From positions 1-51,976 of the forward strand of contig JBHPDX010000002.1 in NCBI GenBank assembly GCA_042577445.1: DNA of 51,976 nucleotides. Direction: 5' to 3'. This DNA is from Candidatus Margulisiibacteriota bacterium. GTDB lineage: Bacteria > Margulisbacteria > WOR-1 > CAVSGV01 > JBHPDX01. A program made the translations under genes and the position numbers. Below, in pieces: positions 44,667 through 51,976 of the stretch. Within the stretch, counting starts at the first letter, position 1, and every line of letters begins with the position of its first letter. The notes under the pieces are model-generated. The model ran no database searches. It had not been told where the DNA came from and saw only the letters and a program-made list of their open reading frames with translations.

Positions 44667-45162
44667 GGGTAAGTCAAGAAAGCTTCCCCAGAACGACGAC
44701 ATAAACACCGATTACATTATATCAGGGCGGTATAAGTTCAAGATACAAGACCCAAATGAACTCGCCAAGCATGTAATGGAAGATCTTGACCCGAATTTCT
44801 ACTCAAAAGTATCAAAAGGCGACTTTATCGTCGTTGGGAATAACTTCGGATGCGGCTCATCAAGGGAACAGGCCCCGATGGCTATCAAATATGCAGGAAT
44901 ATCCGCGGTACTGGCTAAATCATTCGCCAGGATATTCTACCGCAACTGCTTTAACCTCGGCCTTCCGGCAATCGAATGCGATACAGACGATATATCTGAA
45001 AATGACGAGCTGGAAGTTGATCTGGACAAGGGAGAGGTAAGAAATAAGACCAAGAATAAGACCATAAAGATAAAACCGCTTCCAAAAGTAATGCAGACCC
45101 TCCTTTCCGACGGCGGCCTCGTGGAGCACTTCAAAAAACACGGCGGGTTCAAGCTGTCCTGA
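44653..45162 (+). CDS. leuD: Aconitase-family dehydratase small subunit (3-isopropylmalate dehydratase / homoaconitase, archaeal type)
   Basis: 169 aa. NFGCGSSREQAP and the swivel-domain pattern. Confidence 0.9.
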   Translation: MMILKGKSRKLPQNDDINTDYIISGRYKFKIQDPNELAKHVMEDLDPNFYSKVSKGDFIVVGNNFGCGSSREQAPMAIKYAGISAVLAKSFARIFYRNCFNLGLPAIECDTDDISENDELEVDLDKGEVRNKTKNKTIKIKPLPKVMQTLLSDGGLVEHFKKHGGFKLS

Positions 45163-45222
45163 TCATATATTTAGCTTTTTAAAGGTAAAAACCTCACAAA
45201 ATACCGCAATTTAGCCCAAAAA

Positions 45223-46281
45223 ATGACGATATATATAGTAGAGGGGAATCCTGCGGCATTTTGGCCTGCAGATAAACTTATTATGGCAAACATCAATACA
45301 GATACGCCCGTCAAGCAGCGCTATGCTTATGAAAGCATGGATGCGAATTATGAGCGGCTCATACTTACCCGTGCAAAGAGAGATCTTGCAAAAGTCGGCT
45401 ATCACGGAAGAGATAAATTAATAGAAATGGACGAAAACGGCCGGATATCGGACAAGGAAAGGATATTAAACTACATAGATAAAATACCTAAAGATAGATT
45501 GACCAGATCGATCATGGAGTTCAGAAAATATCTGCTGCCAACCCCGCCAATGCCAAAGCCTGATAAGACAATGTCTGTGGATGACCCAAAGAACTCGCAT
45601 AAATATATAAAACAGATACATCAGGAAGAATACGTAGCGACAATAAAGATAGTATTTCCTGACGGCAATTATTATATGGTCACTCCTTTAGATTCTGATA
45701 CTGTTGATTACCCGTTGCAGATGCTTGAAAGCTCCGTCTGTCCGCAAATTCCTGAGAAATTCTGCTGCATGGACGCTGATAAGTTCTTAAGTATGCACCA
45801 AGAATTGAAAAAGACCGGTGAATTTTCTATGCTCCATCGAAAGAAATATGGAAAGCCAAAAAAAGTGTCAGCTGAGAAATTCACGGCATTTTTAAAGGCT
45901 TATTCGGCAAAGATACTTCAATACCACCGCGATCAGTACAATGAAATAGGCGCCTGCGTAGCAATATCGTATGGCGTTAAAAAGTTAATGAAGAAAGAGG
46001 GTATCAGCTGCGGCATATATCAAGATGTGGTCAGCCCCGCCGGATTCGTGCATTTATATAATATAGTCAACGTTGACGGGATATATTACCGCATGGATTT
46101 TACGACAGGGCAGTTCGAAAAAAAGTTCCAGTGGGGAACACAACTTGACCTCGTGATCATGCCGGTCCAGGTAAAGGGTTTTTATGAACAGGAAGCAGCC
46201 GTATTTGGATTAACTCATTACACGCCGCTGGAAGCCGGTATAAAATCAGAGGCAAGATTCATGCATGCCATGGAACAATAA
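45223..46281 (+). CDS. Hypothetical protein with a C-terminal transglutaminase-like Cys-His-Asp core
   Basis: 352 aa. GACVAISYGVKKLMKKEGISCGIY ... GFVHLYNIV..DGIYYRMDFT resembles G.C..FA.....LR..GIP.R ... HAW.EV...G.W...D. The start is uncertain. Confidence 0.45.
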   Translation: MTIYIVEGNPAAFWPADKLIMANINTDTPVKQRYAYESMDANYERLILTRAKRDLAKVGYHGRDKLIEMDENGRISDKERILNYIDKIPKDRLTRSIMEFRKYLLPTPPMPKPDKTMSVDDPKNSHKYIKQIHQEEYVATIKIVFPDGNYYMVTPLDSDTVDYPLQMLESSVCPQIPEKFCCMDADKFLSMHQELKKTGEFSMLHRKKYGKPKKVSAEKFTAFLKAYSAKILQYHRDQYNEIGACVAISYGVKKLMKKEGISCGIYQDVVSPAGFVHLYNIVNVDGIYYRMDFTTGQFEKKFQWGTQLDLVIMPVQVKGFYEQEAAVFGLTHYTPLEAGIKSEARFMHAMEQ

Positions 46282-46353
46282 GCCATCTTCTTGATTGAAA
46301 ACCCTCCCCTTTTCCTATAAAATACGTCTGTTTAATTCTAAAGGAGAATAACT

Positions 46354-47439
46354 TTGACCTACAACATCACTTTGATCCCGGGAGACGGCACAGGGCCGGA
46401 GATAATGGAAGCAACGCGGCGCTGCATTGAAGCCACAGGCGTGAAAATTAAGTGGGACGTTGTCGAAGCCGGCGCTGACATTATGGATAAATACGGCACT
46501 CCCCTGCCAAAAGAAGTCCTCGATTCGATCCGAAAGAATAAGGTAGCAATAAAAGGCCCCATAACAACCCCAATTGGAACAGGATTCCGAAGCATTAATG
46601 TGGCTATCAGAAAAGAACTCGACCTATATGTGTGTCTCCGCCCCTGTAAATCTTATAAGGGAGTGCGTTCAAGATATAAGGATATCAACTTAGTAGTTGT
46701 TAGAGAGAATACTGAAGACCTGTACGCAGGCATAGAATTCGAGGAAGGCAAAAAAGAGACAAAAGATATAATATCCGCGATCGAAAAAGGATCAAAAAAG
46801 AAGATACGGCCTGATTCCGGGATAAGCATAAAGCCTATTTCCAGGTTCGGAAGTGAACGCATAGTTAAATTCGCTTTTGATTATGCTGTCAAACACAAAC
46901 GCAAGAAGGTCACGGCAGTGACAAAAGCCAATATCCTGAAATACTCTGACGGCCTCTTTTATGAAGTAGCACGGGAAGTAGCAAAGAAATATGAAGGTAA
47001 GGTTGAGTATGAGGAAAGGCTGATCGACAATATGTGCATGCAGCTTGTGCAGAAGCCGGAATTATATGATGTTCTTGTCCTGCCTAATCTGTACGGTGAC
47101 ATAATATCTGACCTGTGTGCCGGCCTTGTCGGAGGACTTGGAGTGGCCCCCGGAGCGAACATAGGGAAGGATATCGCCGTTTTCGAAGCCACTCACGGAA
47201 GCGCGCCAAAATACAAAGGTCAGAACAAGGTAAATCCTACCGCAGTGATACTTTCCGGAGTGCTCATGCTTGATTATCTGGGTGAGAAAAAGGCCGCGGA
47301 AAAGCTCGAAAGCGCAGTTGCGGCGGTTATAGCAGAAGGTAAAAACGTCACTTACGACATGAAGCCTCATCGTGACGATCCGACAGCGGTCGGAACATCG
47401 CAGATGGCTGACGCCATCATAGCAAAAATCAAGTCTTAA
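46354..47439 (+). CDS. Isocitrate / homoisocitrate / isopropylmalate dehydrogenase family enzyme (closest in look to NAD-dependent IDH type)
   Basis: 361 aa, TTG start with an [50 protein letters not shown] and NLYGDIISD motifs. Confidence 0.85.
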   Translation: MTYNITLIPGDGTGPEIMEATRRCIEATGVKIKWDVVEAGADIMDKYGTPLPKEVLDSIRKNKVAIKGPITTPIGTGFRSINVAIRKELDLYVCLRPCKSYKGVRSRYKDINLVVVRENTEDLYAGIEFEEGKKETKDIISAIEKGSKKKIRPDSGISIKPISRFGSERIVKFAFDYAVKHKRKKVTAVTKANILKYSDGLFYEVAREVAKKYEGKVEYEERLIDNMCMQLVQKPELYDVLVLPNLYGDIISDLCAGLVGGLGVAPGANIGKDIAVFEATHGSAPKYKGQNKVNPTAVILSGVLMLDYLGEKKAAEKLESAVAAVIAEGKNVTYDMKPHRDDPTAVGTSQMADAIIAKIKS

Positions 47440-47443
47440 CCTC

Positions 47444-47893
47444 ATGAGAGCGGTCATTCAAAGAGTAAATTCAGCCTCGGTAGAAGTCGAAGGCAAAGAA
47501 ATATCAAGAATAGGTAACGGCCTTCTTGTCTTTTTGGGAGTAAAAGAAGGCGACGGCGACAGTGACCTGGATTATATGGCCGAAAAGACTGTTAACTTGA
47601 GGATATTCGAGGACCAACAGGGAAAGATGAACTTATCCCCGTTGGATCAAAAAAGTGAGGTGCTTGTCGTTTCACAGTTCACACTTTACGGAGATGTGAG
47701 GCGCGGGCGAAGGCCGGACTTTACACATGCGGCAAAACCCGAAAAAGCGAACGCTCTTTATGAAAAGTTCGTTCAGAAATTGAAAGGCTGCGGCCTTAAG
47801 GTCGAGGCCGGGCAATTTCAGGCAATGATGAACGTAAAATTGGAGAACGACGGCCCCGTAACGGTAATGCTGGACAGCGAAAAGGTATTTTAA
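47444..47893 (+). CDS. dtd: D-aminoacyl-tRNA deacylase
   Basis: 149 aa. [11 protein letters not shown] ... SQFTLYGD ... GRRP.F family pattern. Confidence 0.9.
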   Translation: MRAVIQRVNSASVEVEGKEISRIGNGLLVFLGVKEGDGDSDLDYMAEKTVNLRIFEDQQGKMNLSPLDQKSEVLVVSQFTLYGDVRRGRRPDFTHAAKPEKANALYEKFVQKLKGCGLKVEAGQFQAMMNVKLENDGPVTVMLDSEKVF

Positions 47894-48309
47894 TGAAAAG
47901 ATACGGCATCATAGATCATCCGTCAGATATAGGAATAACCGCAGAGGGAAAAACCATGAAGGAAGCTTTCGCGAATGCTGCCTTCGGCATGTTCAATATC
48001 ATGTACAACCTATCAAGCGTGAAAAAGAAGGAAAGAGTAAGCGTTAAGGTCAAAGGTGAGGATCCGGAATTCCTTCTGGTGAATTGGCTGAATGAGCTTC
48101 TTTATCTTAATGACGCCAGGAATATAGTGTTTTCTGAATTCAAAATCAGGGAAATTAATGATAAAATGCTTAAAGCTGAGGCTTACGGTGAAAAGTTCAA
48201 TACAGCAAAACATACCGTAAAAACAGGGATAAAAGCGGCAACTTACAATCAACTGGAAGTATCGCAGAATAAAAAGGTCTGCAAAATAAGAGTGATTTTT
48301 GACGTATAG
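47893..48309 (+). CDS. Archease
   Basis: 138 aa. The N-terminus Y..IDHPSDIGI.A.G.T..EAF..AA.GM is characteristic of archease. Confidence 0.8.
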   Translation: MKRYGIIDHPSDIGITAEGKTMKEAFANAAFGMFNIMYNLSSVKKKERVSVKVKGEDPEFLLVNWLNELLYLNDARNIVFSEFKIREINDKMLKAEAYGEKFNTAKHTVKTGIKAATYNQLEVSQNKKVCKIRVIFDV

Positions 48310-48321
48310 GAGGAATATGGC

Positions 48322-48744
48322 ATGGAATACGAAATGATGGTCCGGTTATTGCTTGCGGTGATATTCGGCGGTGCAATAGGATATGTAAGGGAAATTGAGG
48401 GGAAAGCGGCCGGGTTCAGGACCCACATGCTTGTCTGCGTAGGCGCCGCGCTTTTCACCATAACTTCTATACTTTTGGCACATTCATATAACGGCGTTGA
48501 TCCAAGCAGGATAGCTTCATCGGTCGTTATCGGAATAGGTTTTATCGGTGCCGGGACGATATTCAAAGGCGGAGAGGAAGTAAAAGGGCTTACCACTGCC
48601 GCATCCATATGGATAGCTTCAGCTATCGGCCTTGCGGTAGGAAGCGGCCTGTACGTGATATCGGCTTTCACGACAATGCTGGCGCTTCTTATCATAAAGG
48701 GATTGAACATATTCGAGCAGAAATACATGAAAAAGGGCAGATAG
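48322..48744 (+). CDS. MgtC/SapB-family membrane protein
   Basis: 140 aa. LLLAVIFGGAIGY.REIEGKAAGFRTH.LVCVGAAL matches the MgtC N-terminal domain. Confidence 0.8.
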   Translation: MEYEMMVRLLLAVIFGGAIGYVREIEGKAAGFRTHMLVCVGAALFTITSILLAHSYNGVDPSRIASSVVIGIGFIGAGTIFKGGEEVKGLTTAASIWIASAIGLAVGSGLYVISAFTTMLALLIIKGLNIFEQKYMKKGR

Positions 48745-48752
48745 GGAGATAA

Positions 48753-49340
48753 ATGCCGCCATTAGCAACACTGTTCCTTATAATAATAAGCGCAAGCCTG
48801 ACAAATAACTTCGTACTTATCAGGTTCCTGGGATTATGCCCGTTTGTCGGAGTATCTAATCAGATCGACTCATCCATAGGAATGGGCGGTGCGGTCATAT
48901 TCGTTATGACGATCGCGTCTTCGATAACCTGGCTCATACAGCACTTCATATTGGTCCCTTTCAAGATCGAATTCCTGCAGACGATCGCATTTATCCTGGT
49001 CATCGCGTCCCTTGTACAGTTCCTTGAAATGCTGATAAAAAAGATAAGTCCTACGCTTAAACAGTCTTTGGGCATTTATCTTCCGCTTATCACCACGAAT
49101 TGCGCGGTTCTTGGTGTTGCCATCTTGAACATAAGAGGAGGCTACACATTTATTGAAAGCGCTGTCTCAGGGTTCGGCGCAGGGCTGGGATTCACACTTG
49201 TTCTGGTAGTTATGGCCGGAATAAGGGAGCGGCTTGACCTGGCACCTCTCCCCGCTTCTCTAAAGGGCGCACCGATAACATTTGTTGTCGCAAGCATTCT
49301 TTCTATGGCATTCCTCGGGTTCGTGGGATTAATAACATAA
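48753..49340 (+). CDS. rnfA: Rnf/Rsx electron-transport complex subunit A
   Basis: 195 aa. NNFVLIRFLGLCPFVGVS ... LGIYLPLITTNCAVLGV. Confidence 0.85.
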   Translation: MPPLATLFLIIISASLTNNFVLIRFLGLCPFVGVSNQIDSSIGMGGAVIFVMTIASSITWLIQHFILVPFKIEFLQTIAFILVIASLVQFLEMLIKKISPTLKQSLGIYLPLITTNCAVLGVAILNIRGGYTFIESAVSGFGAGLGFTLVLVVMAGIRERLDLAPLPASLKGAPITFVVASILSMAFLGFVGLIT

Positions 49341-50158
49341 TGGAAAATCTCAGCATATTCATATCATCAGTGATAAGCCTTGCTGTGATCGGAGCTATCG
49401 CCGGAACGGTCCTCGCATACGCCTCCCAAAAATTCAAGGTAGAGGTAGATCCCAGGGTAGAAGAGGTATATGAAGTATTACCAAAGACCAATTGCGGCGC
49501 GTGCGGCTATCCGGGATGTCATCCCTTAGCTGAAGCCATGGTAAAAGGACAGGCTGAACCTTCATCCTGCCTCGTTGGTGGAGAAAAAGTGACCGGTGAA
49601 GTATGCAAGATACTTGGGACAGGAAGTGTTGCTGTGGCGGAAAAACTTATAGCAAGGCTTTTCTGCGGCGGAGGACACGATAAATGCGGTAAGAAATTCG
49701 AATATCACGGCGTAAATAACTGTTCAGCGGCAATATTGGTCGGGGATGGCGACAAACTCTGTAACTATGGATGTTTGGGATACGGCGACTGCGTAAAGGT
49801 ATGCAAGTTCGATGCGATGGAAATGGGGGAAGACGGCCTGCCCATTATCGATCCAATAAAATGCACCTCATGCGGGCTTTGCATCAAAGAATGCCCGAGA
49901 GCTTTGATACAGCTTGTTCCCAAAAAGGCAAAGATCCTTATTAACTGCTCTTCTACTGAAAAGGGGGCAAAGGTAAGGAAAATATGCAAAGTCGGCTGCA
50001 TCAAGTGCAAACTTTGTGAGAAAAAATGTCCGGTCAAAGTCATCTCCTTTCCGGAAGGACCGCTTGGTCAGGTTCTCCCTGTTGTTGACAACAATAAGTG
50101 CGAGGGCATGAAAGAATGTGTAAAGGTCTGTCCCACAAAGACTATAATTGAATTATGA
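49340..50158 (+). CDS. rnfB: Rnf/Rsx electron-transport complex subunit B (polyferredoxin)
   Basis: 272 aa. N-terminal TM, NCGACGYPGC, then several CxxCxxCxxxCP ferredoxin motifs. Confidence 0.85.
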   Translation: MENLSIFISSVISLAVIGAIAGTVLAYASQKFKVEVDPRVEEVYEVLPKTNCGACGYPGCHPLAEAMVKGQAEPSSCLVGGEKVTGEVCKILGTGSVAVAEKLIARLFCGGGHDKCGKKFEYHGVNNCSAAILVGDGDKLCNYGCLGYGDCVKVCKFDAMEMGEDGLPIIDPIKCTSCGLCIKECPRALIQLVPKKAKILINCSSTEKGAKVRKICKVGCIKCKLCEKKCPVKVISFPEGPLGQVLPVVDNNKCEGMKECVKVCPTKTIIEL

Positions 50159-50874
50159 AAAGATCCGCTGCCCTTATCGTTATCTTAATGATCCTTTCGG
50201 CTCCCGCGCTTTCACAATTCAAAGCAAGTGAAAGATCGATCTACACCGTCATCTCAAGCACAGCTTACACCGCAGAGAAAAAGGGACTCTATTTCGGATC
50301 GGAAGGCATCGCATTCGGTCTTTCAGATCACACACAAACGACTATCTGGGGATTCCTGGGCTATGGATCCGAACAGAACGTGTCGATAGGCGTCGGGCTT
50401 GGATTTAAACAAAGCCTCGTCCAGGAAAAGGATGGGATACCAGCCATATCTTTTGATGTTAACTACCGCACAATAGTGAGCCCGGACCAAAACCCTACCC
50501 TTCCTGACCTGCTTCAACCTTATAATGTCGGCACATTTAATAACGCTTATTCTTTCGGATTGAGCTTAAGCAAACAGCTGACAGATAAAGTATTTTTTCA
50601 TTCTGCCGTTAAATTGTATGATTACAATATACCGCCAAACATCAAATTTGACAGCCATTTGATATCTTTTTCCATAGAAAACAGGATGAATGACTGGGTC
50701 AGGGATTACGCTGAAGTTAATTACGATATGGTCAACGAAGTCTTAAATATGGGTATTAAGTTTGCTGTTGCACCAACGGATACATTAAGGTTCAGTCTGG
50801 GATATATGACGGGTGCCTCCAATAGCGGGCTGACAGCTTCACAGTTCATCTTTGGGGCGGCCATTCAGTTTTAA
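50155..50874 (+). CDS. Hypothetical outer-membrane beta-barrel protein
   Basis: Signal peptide ...SAPALSQ, alternating-hydrophobic strands, and a C-terminal ...FGAAIQF with terminal Phe. Confidence 0.5.
   Translation: MKRSAALIVILMILSAPALSQFKASERSIYTVISSTAYTAEKKGLYFGSEGIAFGLSDHTQTTIWGFLGYGSEQNVSIGVGLGFKQSLVQEKDGIPAISFDVNYRTIVSPDQNPTLPDLLQPYNVGTFNNAYSFGLSLSKQLTDKVFFHSAVKLYDYNIPPNIKFDSHLISFSIENRMNDWVRDYAEVNYDMVNEVLNMGIKFAVAPTDTLRFSLGYMTGASNSGLTASQFIFGAAIQF
50609..50660. repeat. Left copy of a perfect 52-nt inverted repeat
   Basis: TTAAATTGTATGATTACAATATACCGCCAAACATCAAATTTGACAGCCATTT is the exact reverse complement of 51925-51976. Confidence 0.9.
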
Positions 50875-50876
50875 AA

Positions 50877-51791
50877 ATGGGAAAATTAAATAATATAATC
50901 ATTATCTTCGGCCCCACGGCGGTCGGTAAGACGGACGTCTCGATCAAACTTGCCAAAAAGCTGAACGGCGAGATAATATCGGCTGATTCAATGCAGGTAT
51001 ACAAAGGAATGGATATCGGCACCGCAAAGCCTGCGAAAGATGAAATGAAGGGTATCCCGCATCATCTGATAGATATCAGGGATCCCAATGAGGCCTGGAG
51101 CGTATCGGATTTTATATCAGGATGTAAGAAGCTTACCCAGGAGATCATTGAACGCGGGAAGCTTCCTATAATTGTCGGAGGGACAGGCTTTTATCTTAAC
51201 GCGCTCATAGAAGGATTTTCTTTCCCTGAACTCAAAGCCAATAAAGAAATAAGAGAACGGTTAAGCGATGAAGCAAAAGATCAGGGGAGCCTGCATCTAC
51301 ATGAAAAGCTGAAAAAGATAGACCCTAAAACAGCGGAGAGGCTCCATCATAATGACACCAAACGCATGATTAGGGCGCTTGAGATATATGAGCTGACCGG
51401 GAAGCCGATGTCAGAGCTTGAATCAAAGGGAGATACCCTGCCCTATGAAGTAACCCTTATCGGTCTGAATATGGACAGAAAGGAGCTGTACAAAAAGATA
51501 GAAGATCGTGTTGATAAGATGCTAGAAGCAGGACTCATTGAAGAAGTAAAAGGACTACTGGATAAAGGTTATGACAAGCATCTTACATCCATGGAAGCTC
51601 TCGGGTACAAGGAAACTATCGATCATATCAGAGGAAAGTACGATCAGAAAGCATATGTTGAGCTCCTGAAGAAGAATACCCGTAATTTCGCGAAAAGGCA
51701 GCTTACTTGGTTCAGAAGATTTAAGAACGCGGCATGGTTTGATGTGAATAAGGACTTTTCGATAGATAAAATACTGAAGTCAGTCTCGTAA
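50877..51791 (+). CDS. miaA: tRNA dimethylallyltransferase
   Basis: 304 aa. GPTAVGKT P-loop, SADSMQVYKGMDIGTAKP and IVGGTGFY motifs. Confidence 0.95.
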   Translation: MGKLNNIIIIFGPTAVGKTDVSIKLAKKLNGEIISADSMQVYKGMDIGTAKPAKDEMKGIPHHLIDIRDPNEAWSVSDFISGCKKLTQEIIERGKLPIIVGGTGFYLNALIEGFSFPELKANKEIRERLSDEAKDQGSLHLHEKLKKIDPKTAERLHHNDTKRMIRALEIYELTGKPMSELESKGDTLPYEVTLIGLNMDRKELYKKIEDRVDKMLEAGLIEEVKGLLDKGYDKHLTSMEALGYKETIDHIRGKYDQKAYVELLKKNTRNFAKRQLTWFRRFKNAAWFDVNKDFSIDKILKSVS

Positions 51792-51924
51792 CTCGATCAA
51801 TACCCCGTCAGGATCCTTGGTAAAGTAGACGAGATTTCCATCTCCCCTGTCAGCAACTATAGTTTCCATGCCCAACTTCTTCAACTTTTCAATGAATTCC
51901 TTCCTGTCGCCGACAAAAAGTGCA
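51780..51924 (-). CDS. VOC/glyoxalase-family protein, C-terminal 48 codons only (5' part replaced by the inverted-repeat copy)
   Basis: HFALFVGDRKEFIEKLKKLGMETIVADRGDGNLVYFTKDPDGVLIELRD looks like the last beta-alpha-beta-beta-beta module of a VOC protein. Upstream of 51924 the reading frame continues into a duplicated OMP-gene sequence. Confidence 0.5.
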
Positions 51925-51976
51925 AAATGGCTGTCAAATTTGATGTTTGGCGGTATATTGTAATCATACAATTTAA
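51925..51976. repeat. Right copy of the 52-nt inverted repeat, cut by the window end
   Basis: Exact reverse complement of 50609-50660. Identity stops at 51924 on the inner side and is open-ended at the window edge. Confidence 0.9.

Noticed and set aside
48249-48728. 159-aa reverse-strand ORF covering the mgtC-like gene
   Set aside because: It is a shadow ORF antisense to a gene with a clear MgtC family signature. Its product is low-complexity (Pro/Ser/Thr/Ile-rich) with no start context.
1-51976. Search for rRNA, tRNA, CRISPR arrays, reverse transcriptases, Cas-like genes or integrases
   Set aside because: All intergenic spacers are short, mostly under 130 nt. None shows a cloverleaf-like arrangement or spaced direct repeats by eye. 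No ORF carries RT, Cas or tyrosine/serine recombinase motifs. This was a visual check only; tRNAscan and Infernal were not run.

Overview
This is a gene-dense chromosomal segment with about 60 protein-coding genes and very little non-coding DNA. It looks moderately AT-rich by eye (not computed). It reads like an uncultivated anaerobic diderm bacterium: secretin, Lnt, an ArnT-like glycosyltransferase and small beta-barrel OMPs sit alongside Rnf, group 4 [NiFe]-hydrogenase and Mo/W-pterin redox genes. I saw no rRNA, tRNA or CRISPR array in the intergenic spacers.

Content from left to right:
- 1-6.1 kb: a formate-hydrogenlyase-like redox operon.
- 6.1-11.6 kb: sugar transporter, small redox proteins, ribD-rpe, a PASTA protein and a Hanks-type kinase.
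- 11.6-15.3 kb: orphan small genes and a giant UDPGP-family nucleotidyltransferase.
- 15.3-27.4 kb: recN-nadK-tlyA-galT, pcrA, slt-ruvB and hisB.
- 27.4-28.9 kb: a small mobile/repeat locus with an IS200-like Y1 transposase flanked by inverted bulged-T hairpins.
- 28.9-34.2 kb: an orphan secretin, an ArnT-like GT, pyrC and rnc.
- 35.2-47.4 kb: leuC ... leuD ... dehydrogenase, split by an 8 kb envelope/metal block containing lnt, three secreted proteins and nikR-nikMN embedded among three paralogous small beta-barrels.
- 47.4-52 kb: a compact dtd-archease-mgtC-rnfA-rnfB-omp-miaA run.

Most interesting candidates:
- The NikR-linked triplet of small outer-membrane barrels, with an ECF S-component module that has no T or A components.
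- The RAYT-like transposase, whose flanking hairpins show covariation.
- A Mo/W-pterin subunit with Asp where FdhF has Sec.
- A catalytically dead kinase encoded separately from its PASTA sensor.
- A perfect 52-nt inverted repeat that truncates a gene at the window end.

All functional calls come from motif recognition by eye. No database search was run.
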